64,000 nt of DNA, from assembly GCA_002633005.1 (NCBI GenBank), contig NMRA01000253.1, positions 73,251-137,250 of the forward strand, written 5' to 3'. Below the pieces are notes generated by a model that was not told where the DNA came from, did no database searches, and saw only the letters and a list, made by a program, of their open reading frames with translations. Below are positions 24,722-37,710 of the stretch, piece after piece; within the stretch, counting starts at the first letter, position 1, and every line of letters begins with the position of its first letter. The DNA is from Phoronis australis. Lineage: Eukaryota > Animalia > Phoronida. The position numbers were made by a program, and so were the translations under genes.

Positions 24722-27496
24722 TCACAGGATATACATTGATGACAGGACAACCAAAACAGTTTGCGCCAACAATAGGTGTGATGCGAGTCGCAATGAACTG
24801 CTTAGGTTTGGAACAGCTTCCACAGTTTCAAAGGTTCCAACCTCGTTCGCAGCTATACACTGCACACCTTTAGATCTATGGACGTTGTCAAGAAGTGTGA
24901 AATTTGCTGACCCTTCAACACGTAATTCGGAGAGCAGAGATGTCGTGAATTCATGCACTTCACCAGCAGGCGAAATAATTGTGATATTTGGTGCAGGGTC
25001 TCCCTCAGAAGAACAAGACACTGCAAAGGTGCCACCTACAATTTCAAATTTGATTTCTGGAACAGAAGGCTTTGCGCATGTCAGGTTGATATTCACGAAC
25101 GTCTCAATTTTCGGATTCGAGAAAAATGGTGTATGACATGATGGTATATCGACTCGTGTCAGTACATTTCTTTTGTACTTTGCGATGTGATCTTGCAAAT
25201 CTCTCAATAAACAGTTACAATGAACAGGGTTGTGATTACTTTTAAATTGCAAACGAGACTGTTTATTTATGACTTGGTCAATGAAGATCTTGGGTAACAG
25301 CTGTATTTGGTTGTATGCCACGTCCAAAGTGTACATATTTGGGAGATTTGGTAGAGCCATATTTTCGATTCGTTTGATCAAGTTGTTACCCAAGGCTAAA
25401 TAACGAATATTGATGAGCGACTCAAATAATCTTTCTGGCACATGTTTGATGTGGTTGTGACTCAAATTGAGGTTGAATATGCCTCTTAGATTAGCAAACG
25501 CGCTCTCATGTATTGAGGAAATTTCATTGTAACTCAGCGAAAGATGCCCTAAAGCTTGAAGGGAGCCACTGAAAGTATATCTTGTAATGGTTTTAAGACG
25601 GTTATTACTGAGATCCAATTGACCCAACATTATCAGGTCTTGGAAACAATTTTCTTCAATTTTCACTATTTCGTTTCTTGACAAATCAATAACGTTTAAT
25701 CGTTTTAAATTGCTGAACAAACTCAACTGTAAGTAGTTCAGCCTATTACGTCTTAGTGACAATTTTTCTAAGCGTGGCAATACCTGAAATGTTCCTCTCT
25801 GGATGTCTACTATCAGATTGTCCCATAAATTTAAGTCCGAAAGATAGCTTAGACCGACAAATGTATCATTTGTCAGTTGCGTGATTTCGTTGGTTTTCAA
25901 AGACAAGTAAGACACCATAGTACTGTCAAGATGCACAAACGACTTATCTTCAATACGAGAGATTTTGCTACGAATTGTTATTCGTTCAGCCCGTACTTGC
26001 CGCATGATGGACATTGACAGGACAAAGGAGTCATTTCCTAAATATTCTAACAGTAATTCCTCTGCAATGACATTATTTTGTACAGGTCCAGGTAAGTTAA
26101 ATTTAATGTTTACAGACTGAATGGACATAGCCGGAAGTTGTGAGAGTGAATGTACGTACATGAACAATTCTGTTACCGAACAGTACTTGAATACGTCATA
26201 TCGCAATGCCGAAAATTCACTAACGAAGATACTTAATCGGTTTAATGATTTAGTGGGTTTAAAAAGTGAAGCACGTAAGCTGCTGATATTGTTTCCACCC
26301 AGAAATAGTTGTTCGAGTTGGAATAAAGTGGCAAACGCGTGGATACTAAACGCCACTATGTCATTGTCGGACAGATCAAGGTAAGTTAGCCGAGATAAGC
26401 CGCGCAAAGTTTCATTTGTAACAGCTGTCATTGCATTACTGCATAAATCTAGACTCCAAATATTAGGATTTTCCATCCAGTTTTGTTCAATCAGACCGAT
26501 CTCGTTACCCTCAAAATTCAGGTTAGACAGAAAAGGAACACCATCTAACGCACCTTTTCCTATCGTTTTCAGTCGATTGCGATCAATATAAAGAATTACT
26601 AATGACGGCAGATGTTCAAACATTTTCTTTTCCAGTCGTTCGATGAAATTACTACCGAGGTCCAATGATGTGAGGCGAGACAGCCCTTGGAAGGACGTTG
26701 ACGTGATGTTCGCTATTTTGTTAAACCTAAGCGTGAGATCCGCAAGGGAATTAAGGTTTCTAAACGGCGAGTCCACTAATCCTTCGATTTGGTTTGATTC
26801 CAGACTGATGAGCTCAGCGTTCTCGAGGCCATCTAACAAGTTTTGCTGCAATGTCGACAGTTCGTTACGCTCCAAAAAAACTTCCAAAACATTACTCCTT
26901 CTACTGAAAGCCGAGTTGTTAACGCTTGTAAATTGATTGTCCGTCAAGAACAGCGAAAATGGTGTGGACACTGGCGGAAGACAAGATGGCGGGAATGAAG
27001 AAATTAAATTGGATCGCAAGTCTAACACATTGAGATTTGACATTTCTGAGAATGCGTTTTCAGATATCGTCTGAATTCTGTTAAACTGTAGCTCCAATTT
27101 CTCCACGTTTGTCAAACGAGTAAAGACACCATCACGCACCTCGGACATGTGGTTGTTTCCAAGACTAACAATCCTCAGATTTGCCAGTTCCGTGAACGCT
27201 GTCTCAGAGATTGTCTGAATGTTATTACCGTCTAGTTCTAATTTTGAGACTTTTACTAGGCCATCAAAAATTCCACCTGGAACGCTTGTGATGTGGTTGT
27301 CTTTGAAACTTGCCAGAGAAACACTACCAAAGTTCAAACCGCTAGAAAACATGTCCATTATATCTTCCAATCCACAAGACTCGACAACAAGATTGCCACC
27401 GCGTGCAACGACATTTTTATTCGTTGTGCATGCTTGAAAAGGTCTAACCAGAGAACACAATCCCAAAATCAGGATCAAACAGGTGTTAAAATCCAT
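24722..27496 (-). CDS. Intronless extracellular LRR protein with LRRCT and Ig-like domain, signal peptide and hydrophobic C-terminus (924 aa)
   Basis: N-terminal hydrophobic signal; more than 20 LxxLxLxxNxI repeats in two blocks; NPVHCNC LRRCT; Ig-like VSCSSEGDPAP...QCIAANEVG; terminal hydrophobic stretch with no cytoplasmic tail. Confidence 0.93.
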   Translation of the reverse strand: MDFNTCLILILGLCSLVRPFQACTTNKNVVARGGNLVVESCGLEDIMDMFSSGLNFGSVSLASFKDNHITSVPGGIFDGLVKVSKLELDGNNIQTISETAFTELANLRIVSLGNNHMSEVRDGVFTRLTNVEKLELQFNRIQTISENAFSEMSNLNVLDLRSNLISSFPPSCLPPVSTPFSLFLTDNQFTSVNNSAFSRRSNVLEVFLERNELSTLQQNLLDGLENAELISLESNQIEGLVDSPFRNLNSLADLTLRFNKIANITSTSFQGLSRLTSLDLGSNFIERLEKKMFEHLPSLVILYIDRNRLKTIGKGALDGVPFLSNLNFEGNEIGLIEQNWMENPNIWSLDLCSNAMTAVTNETLRGLSRLTYLDLSDNDIVAFSIHAFATLFQLEQLFLGGNNISSLRASLFKPTKSLNRLSIFVSEFSALRYDVFKYCSVTELFMYVHSLSQLPAMSIQSVNIKFNLPGPVQNNVIAEELLLEYLGNDSFVLSMSIMRQVRAERITIRSKISRIEDKSFVHLDSTMVSYLSLKTNEITQLTNDTFVGLSYLSDLNLWDNLIVDIQRGTFQVLPRLEKLSLRRNRLNYLQLSLFSNLKRLNVIDLSRNEIVKIEENCFQDLIMLGQLDLSNNRLKTITRYTFSGSLQALGHLSLSYNEISSIHESAFANLRGIFNLNLSHNHIKHVPERLFESLINIRYLALGNNLIKRIENMALPNLPNMYTLDVAYNQIQLLPKIFIDQVINKQSRLQFKSNHNPVHCNCLLRDLQDHIAKYKRNVLTRVDIPSCHTPFFSNPKIETFVNINLTCAKPSVPEIKFEIVGGTFAVSCSSEGDPAPNITIISPAGEVHEFTTSLLSELRVEGSANFTLLDNVHRSKGVQCIAANEVGTFETVEAVPNLSSSLRLASHLLLAQTVLVVLSSMYIL

Positions 27497-27678
27497 TTTA
27501 CTCTGCCGAATGTTGTCATATCACTCCACTGTGCTTGCACTGTTCCCTTTTAAACAGAAGTCGTTCAGCAGGGACGTTGATTCGATGGCTCGACCAATGA
27601 ACTCATTCACTTTCTGGATCATAAAATTAATTCTGAGCCATGATTGATCGTTAAAACAATAACGCCCTTACGAACGAA

Positions 27679-27758
27679 GTCATGCGCTGTCTCATCCGAC
27701 TATGTCATGCGCAGTCCCACCCGACTATGTCATGCGCAGTCCCACCCTACTATGTCAT
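27679..27758. repeat. 25-bp minisatellite (~3 copies) upstream of the LRR gene
   Basis: Unit ccgactatgtcatgcgcagtcccac. Confidence 0.85.
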
Positions 27759-29173
27759 ATTCATTTGGACGTTGCCCGAGAAAGAGGAAGGGCACTAACC
27801 CAATATTCACGAGATAAAGCCTCGTGATGAAAACACTTATTATAACTATATCTATGCTTTACAGTTTTCTGCCAAATCTTAGCGTATAATTATTCAACCA
27901 GCCCAGTCACAACCCATTCCTGTTGCGATTACCCTACATGCTAAACATTCAACATTCCAACCGGTACGCAGTTTTCAGGCTCTTATTACTTGATTAAAAA
28001 CACAATAAAAATAAAACACTAACTTTCATTTATCTTATGAAACCTGAAGCCATCCCAAAAGTCCACTCGGCCAAGTTCGCAGATTTGCATTCTGTCTTCA
28101 GACACTGCACTGGAGACAAGGGTGCCAGTTTTCTTCATTCTGACTACCATCGTCGTCCTCATTGGCTCCCAATTATGCCACTCATACAAGAGTACAGCAG
28201 ACGCCGCCCACTAGGATTAACGATCTTAGAAAAGCCAGAGTAATTCCCACATGTGACTTTGGTTAGCGGACATTTTGGAAATCATTCACGAGATGATACA
28301 ACTGGGTACTTGCCACTGTAGAGATAAAATAAAGTGTGGACAATGTCCACGCCAATCTTTTGTTACTGTTGATTTATTTCTAAGGCATTTTCTAAACTTA
28401 GAAGTGATTAAGAGCCATTGCCTGACAATACCAGGCAAAATGAGATATCGCGAGAATATGACGCGCCACGGAAATCGATTTCCTCGATCTACTCTCATTC
28501 TTTTAATTTAAAAGTTCAATTTCTACCTGTTTTTCCATCGGACTTGGCATGCTGGGAGAGTCGAAACTCCCAGTTGAAGTTTCAGTGGCTTATTTTTCTG
28601 TTATGACATCCAATATCCATGTCGTGTATTAAATATAGATTATTACATGGCGAAGTCGTTATCTCCCTATATCTAGAGCCCGAGTGTGCTATTTTTAGAC
28701 TAAACAATGTTACATGTGCATAACTGAATGGGACATCGGGTCCATTTCTAGTCGCTGCATTCTGTAACAGCAAATGGAAGTTCAAAGATCACTGGTTTTT
28801 TACTTTTTAAATTTCGGCTTCGAAATTGTGAATCGTGCGCGCACTGAATCACTTCTACAACACAATGGAGTCCGTACCGTTCAAACAATTCTTGTTTCAT
28901 GAGATTAAAGGCGAAGGCAACCTTTTTCCATGTCATTTTGAGCTAAAATAAGTTTGGTTGGTTATCCAAGACATATTTTCCACTTAATTACAGCTTTTCG
29001 TAATTTTATTAATTACTCGTCCGCTACTCCGGAAGTGACGTTTTAGGAGGCAAGCATTTCGCGTCAATTTCTTTTCATATAGTCTGACTGTGAGAGGTGC
29101 CGAGTCAGTCATTGTTCTACCTCGGTTGTGTTAAGTTCCGTCGTCGTTTGCTTTCATTTACTAGTCAGTCAAC

Positions 29174-29980
29174 GTGCCACACTGTTGCTGCGTACCCGGA
29201 TTTACTAATTATCGGCTCACGCGCGCTTTAGGAGTACCTTTGCATCGCTTTCCGATGGATGACACACTTCGCCGTACTTGGCTCGTTCGTGTGAAGAACG
29301 CAGCGTTACCCGTCCATGCAACGAACAAAGCAGTGGAGAATTATCTTGTGTGTGGCAAGCACTTTCTGTCGTCCGACTACGAAAGGGATATGTACGCTGA
29401 ACTGATGAAGGTCCCTGCGAAACAACGTCTGAATAAGGATGCCATGCCGTCTGTGTTGATTCCCGGCAGTGCCCCATCGCCACCCCCGAGAAGTGCGTGA
29501 CTTTTTGAAGCGAGAAGCCTCGCGAGCTGTGGCCAGTACAGTGACTTGAGCCAGTGGAGGCACTTTATCTACTGTCACCCGTGCCTCCGAACGTACCCCC
29601 AGAGCGTGCAATTCCTGGAACCAGTATTGATTCGCCCTGTGCTGTTTTCTCCAGCCCAGAGCCTCTAAGCAGCCCTGCAGCGATATTGAGTAGCGGGAGT
29701 GATTACAGGCTCAGTTCGATACCAGTGAAGAGGACAGTTCGTCGTCCAGTGAACAGATTGGTGAGCCAAACTTTGATAAGTTTATTGTGGATATGTCTAA
29801 AGTGTTGGAGCTATTTAGAAGGTGCCAGGTGTGTGGCGAGGGAGTCACACCACACGGTGTAAGCAGTTTGGGTGCTCAGGTCACCATCCAGTGGGAGTGT
29901 GTCGCGAGACACTCTGGCAAGTGGGACAGTTGTTCCTCTGTCCGTGGTACGCCGGAGGTCCACTTAACCATATCCAGTAG
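29174..29980 (+). pseudogene. THAP-domain transposase N-terminal remnant
   Basis: PHCCCVPG...LHRFP...W...VCGKHF...RLNKDAMPSV is a THAP domain with a GTG start. A downstream CQVC...WECVARHSGKWDS Zn-binding segment lies in a different frame. No DDE core. Confidence 0.8.
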
Positions 29981-29989
29981 TGGCTTGGC

Positions 29990-30271
29990 CTCGTCGAACT
30001 CTGAACAGCACAAGCATTCCATTGAGGTAGGCATAACAACGCACACAGTGCATTTGCACCAAGATGTGTCACCACAACTGTCCTCAGTAGCCGCCTCGTT
30101 TCTCTCAACAGCTGCCTGTGCCTGTGCGTGCTCTGCCTCGCTATACTCGGGCTCAAACATGTACCCACCCACTGAATGTCCGTGAAAAAATTCCTCGTCA
30201 CCACTGCTGTGAACAAGGTCTCCGTCACTCACACTACTGTCACTGTGATACGGGTTGCCGACTCCAGCCAC
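29990..30271 (-). pseudogene. KolX / P2X7-ballast-like cysteine-rich protein remnant
   Basis: GYMFEPEY...DTSWCKCTVCVVMPTSMECLCCSEF matches the WCxCxxC...E.xCC motif. It is truncated where it meets the transposase remnant. Confidence 0.75.
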
Positions 30272-31744
30272 TTTCAGTTTGCAACACACTAAATAATCTC
30301 TAAATCCAACGTAGTTGAGTTCTCTACTAACCTATCTTGCCGCAGAATACTCGCCGATGGAAAGTGGTGGCGACAATCGTTGAAAAACAGCACAAAACAA
30401 AAGTAGAATAGAACAGATTCGCACGGTAAAGTCAACGTAAAACAAAGTGGCGGGAAACGCTTGCCTCCTAAAACGTCACTTCCGGAGTAGCGGACGAGTA
30501 ACTTATAAAATTACGAAAAGCTGTAATTAAGTGGAAAATATGTCTAGGATAACCAACCAACCTTTTTTAGCTCAAAATGACATGGAAAAAGGTTGCCTTC
30601 GCCTTTAATCATGCAAACCAGAGAATGTTTGTCAGGTCAGATGCCATGGATGTTTAGCTAAAGTACATGTACTGTGTTTCTGTTGGCTCTCTCTCTAGCA
30701 CGAAACAGAACTGCAACAGATCACGTGACACCAACCCAGACATAATCTGATAATGCCAAGTAAACGATAATCCGTCGAAAGTAAGGTCTACACTTCAGAT
30801 GTCGTAGACTCATTATCGAATTTTTGTTTTCCTAATGAGAATTGTGAAATTACCTTGTTTATATTGATCACATTGGTAACACGCCCGCTCATCAGCTTTC
30901 GGCCGTTATACAAGAAGTAGGGATTTTGCAAAAAGCCGATTATACGTCTTCATAAGAATGCCATGTAATCAGGAAACAACATCAGAAATCAACTGAGCTT
31001 CCCGTTGAAGTATACAGTGTAGGCCAATAGCATGGTTATCTATCTTAATATACTTTATGATAGACCAATTGCAATTGCAGGTGACGTTACAGAGACGTGG
31101 GTGCACTTTTGTCACTTAAGGCATGGATGACCTTGTTTGTATAAAGTAGTTCACAAAACAATATGATAAAATAAATGACATTGTACGAAACGCAGGGGAA
31201 GATTTAAAGAAATTGCGCTGTCGGTAAATACATCATTGAGCTTGCGAGAAAATACCCTCTTCAGTCCTCTAATTTACTTTAACGCTTATCCTGGGCTGGT
31301 ATTAGAAAGAACAATGTCGAAACTATATTTCTATTTCGAGTCCCGATTCAGGAGGTTGTGTCCCGGAGCCTCTCCAAGAATACAGCCTGGATTAGCATTC
31401 GAGTCTGGTACTTTGTCATTCAAGGATGTGGTAAACCGAAATATTTAAATCAGCCAAGCATAAAAAGCGTACATTTTGAAACCTTAAGTGACATAAGTTG
31501 AGTAATTTGAAACATAACTCAGATAAACGAGTGTTTGTGAACACCATGGCCACTGTGGTTTTTACAATGCACTCCTCTTTCTTAGTTGCATCTCATAAAG
31601 GTTGTTATAAAGTTACAGCATGATGTCATTGGAATCTTTTCGTTAAAAGAGCAAGCATAAACATACTAACGTATTGCGAAGAAGCGAAGAAATTCCATTG
31701 TGATACATTCTTAAGTCACTTTCAGCAACTGTCAATCTCGTTTT

Positions 31745-31860
31745 TACTATTATTATTATCATTATTATTATTATTATTGATAATAGTAATAGTAATAGTA
31801 ATAAAAATAGTAATAGTAATAGTATTAGTAATACATGTAGTAATAATTATAATGATGATG
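31745..31860. repeat. (ATT)n/(TAATAG)n low-complexity tract
   Basis: Visible simple repeats. Confidence 0.9.
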
Positions 31861-33544
31861 CTAGACAATCGTAATAACGCCATTACTTTTGATGAATAGA
31901 GTGACAACAAGAAAATCCATGTTCCTCATCTAGTCCAACTTCCCAAAATGTAACATATCGTCACCGTGATCATCTTTATTAGGTCAAACATCAAAACTCT
32001 GTGAGACACCTCGCCTTACGAAGGAGTGGTTACTACCTCATACTCGTCCGGCTCGTCTCCCACCCCGAACAGTTTAGTATACTCTCTCTGCTGGCCTTCC
32101 GGTCCATTTGTTTTTGTTAGTTAATCTTTCATAACCGGGTGTTTGTGACACATTGCCGTACGGCACCCCCCCAATATTTCGTGATATACAGATGCCTGTA
32201 TCTCCGATAAGGCGCTGTCTCGAACCTAATTGTCGTCAACTTGCTCATGTCCCCATTGGCTGGATCTTGTCCACCATAATTCTGCTTGGTCCAATAGGTA
32301 CACCTGTTAAACATCGTTGAATGAAGTGGTGTTGAGAATAATGTTGCGCTTAATGTCGAGTTGAGAGAAATTATCTTTCATTCCTTTTAAATCGTGATTA
32401 GCAAAAAAATTCCCCGTCCCTTAAGCAGCTTACACAAAATCCATGGACATAAAGGTAAAAAAAATAAGAACTTATGCAGAGTTTTATCATATGCTCATGA
32501 CATGAGGATTGTTACTTTCAGTTTTCAGACATCCCTTTTGTAGACAAACCCTTTCTAAAATCAACATTGGTTGTTCTCATCCCATCAGGAACATGTAACT
32601 CAGTTTATATGAAGACCCCTTTAAGAAGTTCGTAGTAAATATTTCAGTCCAAATCGATACACCAGCAGTGCTTTTCTCAATAGAGAAACATGCTTCAAAT
32701 TTCACGAAGACCCATCAAAGGATTAGATAGATAATGAAGCAGGCGAAAAAATTACAAGAAAGTAAACAAATCAATATAACCGTCAACACCAGCCGCGCTA
32801 TGTCAGGGAGTACCTTCAACGAAGTTTTTAATATATTTATTTTGATATAACGTCCGTACAAATTTAAGGAAGAAAATACGGATCAGTAATAACATTCACA
32901 CTCATACTCCAGTCATTAATCACTGGGGGTGTTTTGGCCACCTTGCAGTCTACGGTCAAGAATTTTCCAATTCATACATCAAGAAATCTTGAAAACACTG
33001 TTGTTGACAAAAACCTAAACGACACTGTAGTGTGCCAAATTAGCCGGAGCTGTCCGAAAATTGGCATAAGCCATGCTCCAGCTAATGTGATCAAATACGT
33101 GTACGACAAATTTCACAAGGGTGCATTAAAAACGATAGAAATATTGATGAAAAGAAGCTTATTCGATTCAACGTTCGTTCACTTGTGATGTTATCGTATA
33201 CATTACAATTCACGTACACTGTAGATATAGTAATACAAGTTAAGGTAACACTCGATCAAACCCCATCTTCGTCTCTTCCAGACGGAAATGTGAGGCACGA
33301 CTATTAATAGTTTTGCGAGGGCAAAACCATGAAGACGACATATGGACGAAATTTTGATTTTTTTAAAAATAAACGTCGTTCTCACTTTTGAGTGGCTGTT
33401 ACTTGTATTTTGTTATGGGGATCAAAGGTTTTGACCAAGATAAATCAAACCATTTTCACTTTGATTTCCAGAAAAAGGATTGATCGGATAGACTCAAAGC
33501 TGACCCTAAACTAATAAAAATGACAATCAGGGAGCTTAGAATAT

Positions 33545-34240
33545 GTATGCATGTACTTGTATGCATGTATGCATGTATATATTTATTATATTGACAGGTA
33601 CAGCTAATTCAAACAGTAACCGATGTAACAATAAAAAGCATCCCAGTTGGATATATTAAGTCACTTTCACCACACAACTCAAGATGTTCCGCAAACGGTT
33701 CAAAACCAGACTTGACATATTTGGCGAATTGCCGAGGGAAATACTGAAACAGCAGTTTTAATGTATTTAGCCTTCTGAAATTTACAGAGTTCGGGACTTT
33801 AAGGGAAACATTATGAGACAGAATAGACATCAGTGAGTTCTAAATAAAACAATCAAACTCACCTTCTACAGAATCAGTGTCACAACACAAGCAAAGTCTT
33901 TCGTTTACATATCGGCCAGTTTCCAAGCGCAACGGACGATTTCCTGCTCTAAACTGGGCCAGAAGAGATCGCTCAGAGCGAGAAAAATTAAGCTTAGGGC
34001 TCCGTTAAAGACTCGTTCTTATAACTTAGGTTTTGTTACAACAGAGTAAGCCCAAACACGTTTCGAGTATTTTAGTAGTTTGTTTCTAGCATCTACTATG
34101 TTACAAGTAGTACAATTTTGAAAACAGGATTGCACGGAAATTATGTTAAATAATTTTTTGATGCCGTCTATGCAAAAAGTCCTACCAACAGAGTAATCCC
34201 ATAGAAATATCTTTTTCACAGAAGAAATCGGCATTAACGC
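33545..34240 (-). mobile_element. Decayed non-LTR retrotransposon ORF2 C-terminus
   Basis: Minus strand AGNRPLRLETGRYVNEK...CCDTDSVEGEFDCF resembles the L.IETGRY...C..C...EDE.HF motif. A (TGCA/TACA)n tract lies at the 3' side. Confidence 0.55.
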
Positions 34241-35145
34241 ACGGCGGTGATCGATAAGTGCACATTCGGCATCAAATTAAAACTTTCAGAAGTTTCTTGA
34301 CTGTGACAGCAAGTAATTTTCACAGTTACTTGAGTAGAGTATTTAAGATTTCAACATACGGTTAATTTGGGTATTGAACAATGCACAAATTTAGGAATTA
34401 TAGTTCAGTCTTAGCAACCCAATCAAGTTTTGCCGAATGCTCAGAATCACGTGATTCGCCGTGGGCGGAGTTTGTATGTCATTTACCTGATCTAGGTCAA
34501 CGCGGTCTTATCGAGAAGGGCTGGTACAACGTGGACGTGGTGTAAATATAATACAAAACATAATTATCGAGAGAATTGCGCTGCGACAGTGGTCGAGAAA
34601 TGACCAAGCTGGATGAGATTTAGCCATGATTTTCGAACTACTTTCACATTGCCAAATAGAACTATAACCCTGTCTCTTGGTTTCCTTACTTATACAAATC
34701 AAGTTTGCAAAACTGTGATCTTTGTTTCATTTTATCAGAGACACTCGATGGTCTGATTTCCTATAATCGCAATTCACTGGGCCGGTCTTACAGGAGAACT
34801 AAGTATCAGTTTACTACACGAGTAACGTGTTGTTTCTGGTTTCCATAACTAATGTCTTGTTGTAGGTATTATAAATCCGTATTTGACGTATCGCAGTAGA
34901 CCTGAATCCCTGGTCCGAAGTTTGGAGGTGTGAAGTATACTGGGAAGCCGAATGCATGCATCATTCAGCAAGTTCATTCATGCAATAAATCGTGACCTTT
35001 GCTATTATGCTTGAAAATAAAAATCTCTTCGGTTTAAGCCATTGCGTACATTTTTGTATATTTCAGATTCGATTCACAAGTCCTATGAATGAATGACGAC
35101 TTTTAAAAAAATGGCGGTAATCTTAAAACCCTCGGTAGTGGTCGG

Positions 35146-36215
35146 TCAATCGCAGACACAATCGAAAGTGTCATTGGGTCACTGGGCATAGATACATGTA
35201 AATCATCAACAGAAACAGGAGAAATACGACGGGGAAAAGCGATTGCTGAAAAACCTCCAGGAAGCGTATCTGAATCAAAGTTAAGATATTAAAGGAAGCA
35301 TATATTCATTGCCACAGGAGCATCCATCGTCATTCTAATGTACATACAAGGCATCGTCATTAGTCCAAACATTCACAGGAACACTCTTGCCTAATTTCAT
35401 AACGATCCTGCAAGGTCATCACGCGCTACAACTGCGAACGCCGGAAGCGCCGGACAGAGATGACGGTAATATGAGCCCACTTATGTACAATGTGCAAGCA
35501 TCTTCGTAATGAGAACTAGCTGTCCAAAAACCATTACCTAGCTTTGATGTTAAATTTTCAATAGTAAGATTCCCCAGAGGTTCCGCCGTAATTTGCTCCC
35601 TTTGAAACGCTGGAACAAACTTTTGTAACCCCAGCGACTCCAGAAAGACCGTAACCGCATCATTTAAAATAATTGTTAGAATTCNTCAATCGCAGACACA
35701 ATCGAAAGTGTAATTGGGTCACTGGGCAGAGATACATCGACAGAAACAGGAGAAATACGACGGGGAAAAGCGATTGCTGAAAAACCTCCAGGAAGCGTGT
35801 CTGAATCAAAGTTAAGATATTAAAGGAAGCATATATTCATTCCCACAAGAGCATCCATCGTCATTCTAATGTACATACAAGGCATCGTCATTAGTCCAAA
35901 CATTCACAGGAACACTCTTGCCTAATTTCATAACGATCCTGCAAGGTCATCACGCGCTACAACTGCGGACGCCGGAAGCGCCGGACAGAGATGACGGTAA
36001 TATGAGCCCACTTATGTACAATGTGCAAGCATCTTCGTAATGAGAACTAGCTGTCCAAAAACCATTACCTAGCTTTGATGTTAAATTTTCAATAGTAAGA
36101 TTCCCCAGAGGTTCCGCCGTAATTTGCTCCCTTTGAAACGCTGGAACAAACTTTTGTAACCCCAGCGACTCCAGAAAGACCGTAACCGCATCATTTAAAA
36201 TAATTGTTAGAATTC
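35146..36215 (-). pseudogene. Tandemly duplicated ~535-bp segment containing a frameshifted SAM-domain-like sequence
   Basis: 35146-35684 and 35686-36215 are near-identical, joined by a single N. VTVFLESLGLQKFVPAFQREQITAEPLGNLTIENLTSKLG, then in a shifted frame VMVFGQLVLITKML, fits a SAM pattern. Confidence 0.55.
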
Positions 36216-37499
36216 GTAACATTAGTGAAATTCTTCAGAATTTCTTCAGAAACACAAATCAAAACAACAGTATTTCAGAAATGTAATCTTTGGGTATGCA
36301 AAACAGAGTTTCTTACCTAAATTTCGACGGCTATCCCTCTCTTAGCCAGTGCTGACCTTAAAATATGAATTCTTATGGTTACCCTGCTTCTAGAAAATAC
36401 ATGTAATTGGGCGCAAGTTGTCCAAATATGTTGTTTGACACCTAATTCTTGTAGCTAAGAACACACACGACTTGAGTTACACTAAAACTTCCTGCTAACC
36501 AACATAATTATCGTTTCTTATCAAACAAACTTTGCATTCTGCAAGCATTTCCTCCACAAAATTCTATTAAATCAAAAAACGAAAATCGGCTGTCATGCCA
36601 AGTCAGGTGCAGACAGGGGCAGCTCCTGCCATTTTTTCGCTGTCAAACTTCAGAAAAGGTTCACACATTTTGCTGCAAAGTCTCGTGAACTCAATTAACC
36701 TTCCTTAAGACAAATTTTATAAGGAAACAACAGAATATAGACTTCATGCATGCTTTGAACATGTTGACTTACTTAACGGAAATTCAGAAAATAAAGAATC
36801 AAACCCCACACTGGTCCTGATGACGTACTTTTGTACTACTGAATCTAAATTGCGACGTCATATACATCAATGGGAATTTTATAGCAATGGCGTTTCACAT
36901 TTCGACGGGGTTGTTAGCCAGTACTTTAATATCGTTTTGCGTCGTGCATTGGGCAAGTCAAATGCAAACGACGCTGATTTCGCCCGTCTTAAAATAGGAC
37001 TCGTCAATACTTAAAACATTTTATCTCAAATGCACTTTATTTAGCCTATTAAAAGTCTCTTGAACATGATGCCTTCAAAGTTTTGAATGCAAAAAAGTCA
37101 CAGGCAGTTTGAAATTGACACATCTGACGGATAACTGTACAGTACATAATTCGCGTGCTCATTGTGCCAACTGGCGGAGATATATTACAGAAATCAGAAA
37201 ACAGGTTTTAATTTATCCAAAGCCTTTCCACCCAGTTCGTCTCAGTAGTAAAATACATATTCAAGTAACCTATACCACAGAACGAGCACGTTCACTAACC
37301 TTATTTGGACAAAATTAACGATCAACATTTCAAAAATTCCATCTTCATTACCAGTAGTCGACGTTTCACAACTTACAATGAGATAGACATGTGTATTACC
37401 AAAAGAATGAATACCTACTGTACAACATGCAAAACATACATGTATGGCGGGAAAATTAGAGTGGCTGTGTAAATAGCTGGATGTCATAGGATGACGAAA

Positions 37500-37710
37500 T
37501 TCTATTGAGTTGGGGGTTTGTGTTCTAAAATTTTGAAACTTTCTTTTGCAAACAGACCGAATTTACAAGCATTGTGATCTAAAACCCCAATGTTGTCACA
37601 ATCTATCTCGTGACGAGTATCCATCAGATGGCTATTGACAGAACTGTATTTATCCTTAGAATGGTCATTAAATCTAACTTTCACAATCCTACAAGTCATG
37701 CCAATAGACC
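37500..37710 (-). mobile_element. Penelope-like GIY-YIG endonuclease C-terminal remnant
   Basis: (S)IGMTCRIVKVRFNDH...SSVNSHLMDTRHEID...VLD...KESFKILEHKP matches IGxTxR...R..EH...S....H.....H...IL...E...I....P. Confidence 0.75.

Larger units (their letters stand above)
28909..30604. mobile_element. Internally deleted Kolobok DNA transposon
   Basis: TTAA at 28905-28908 and 30605-30608; AG...CT termini; ~150-bp TIRs (28909-29060 / 30454-30604); convergent THAP-transposase and Cys-rich ORF remnants. Confidence 0.88.
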
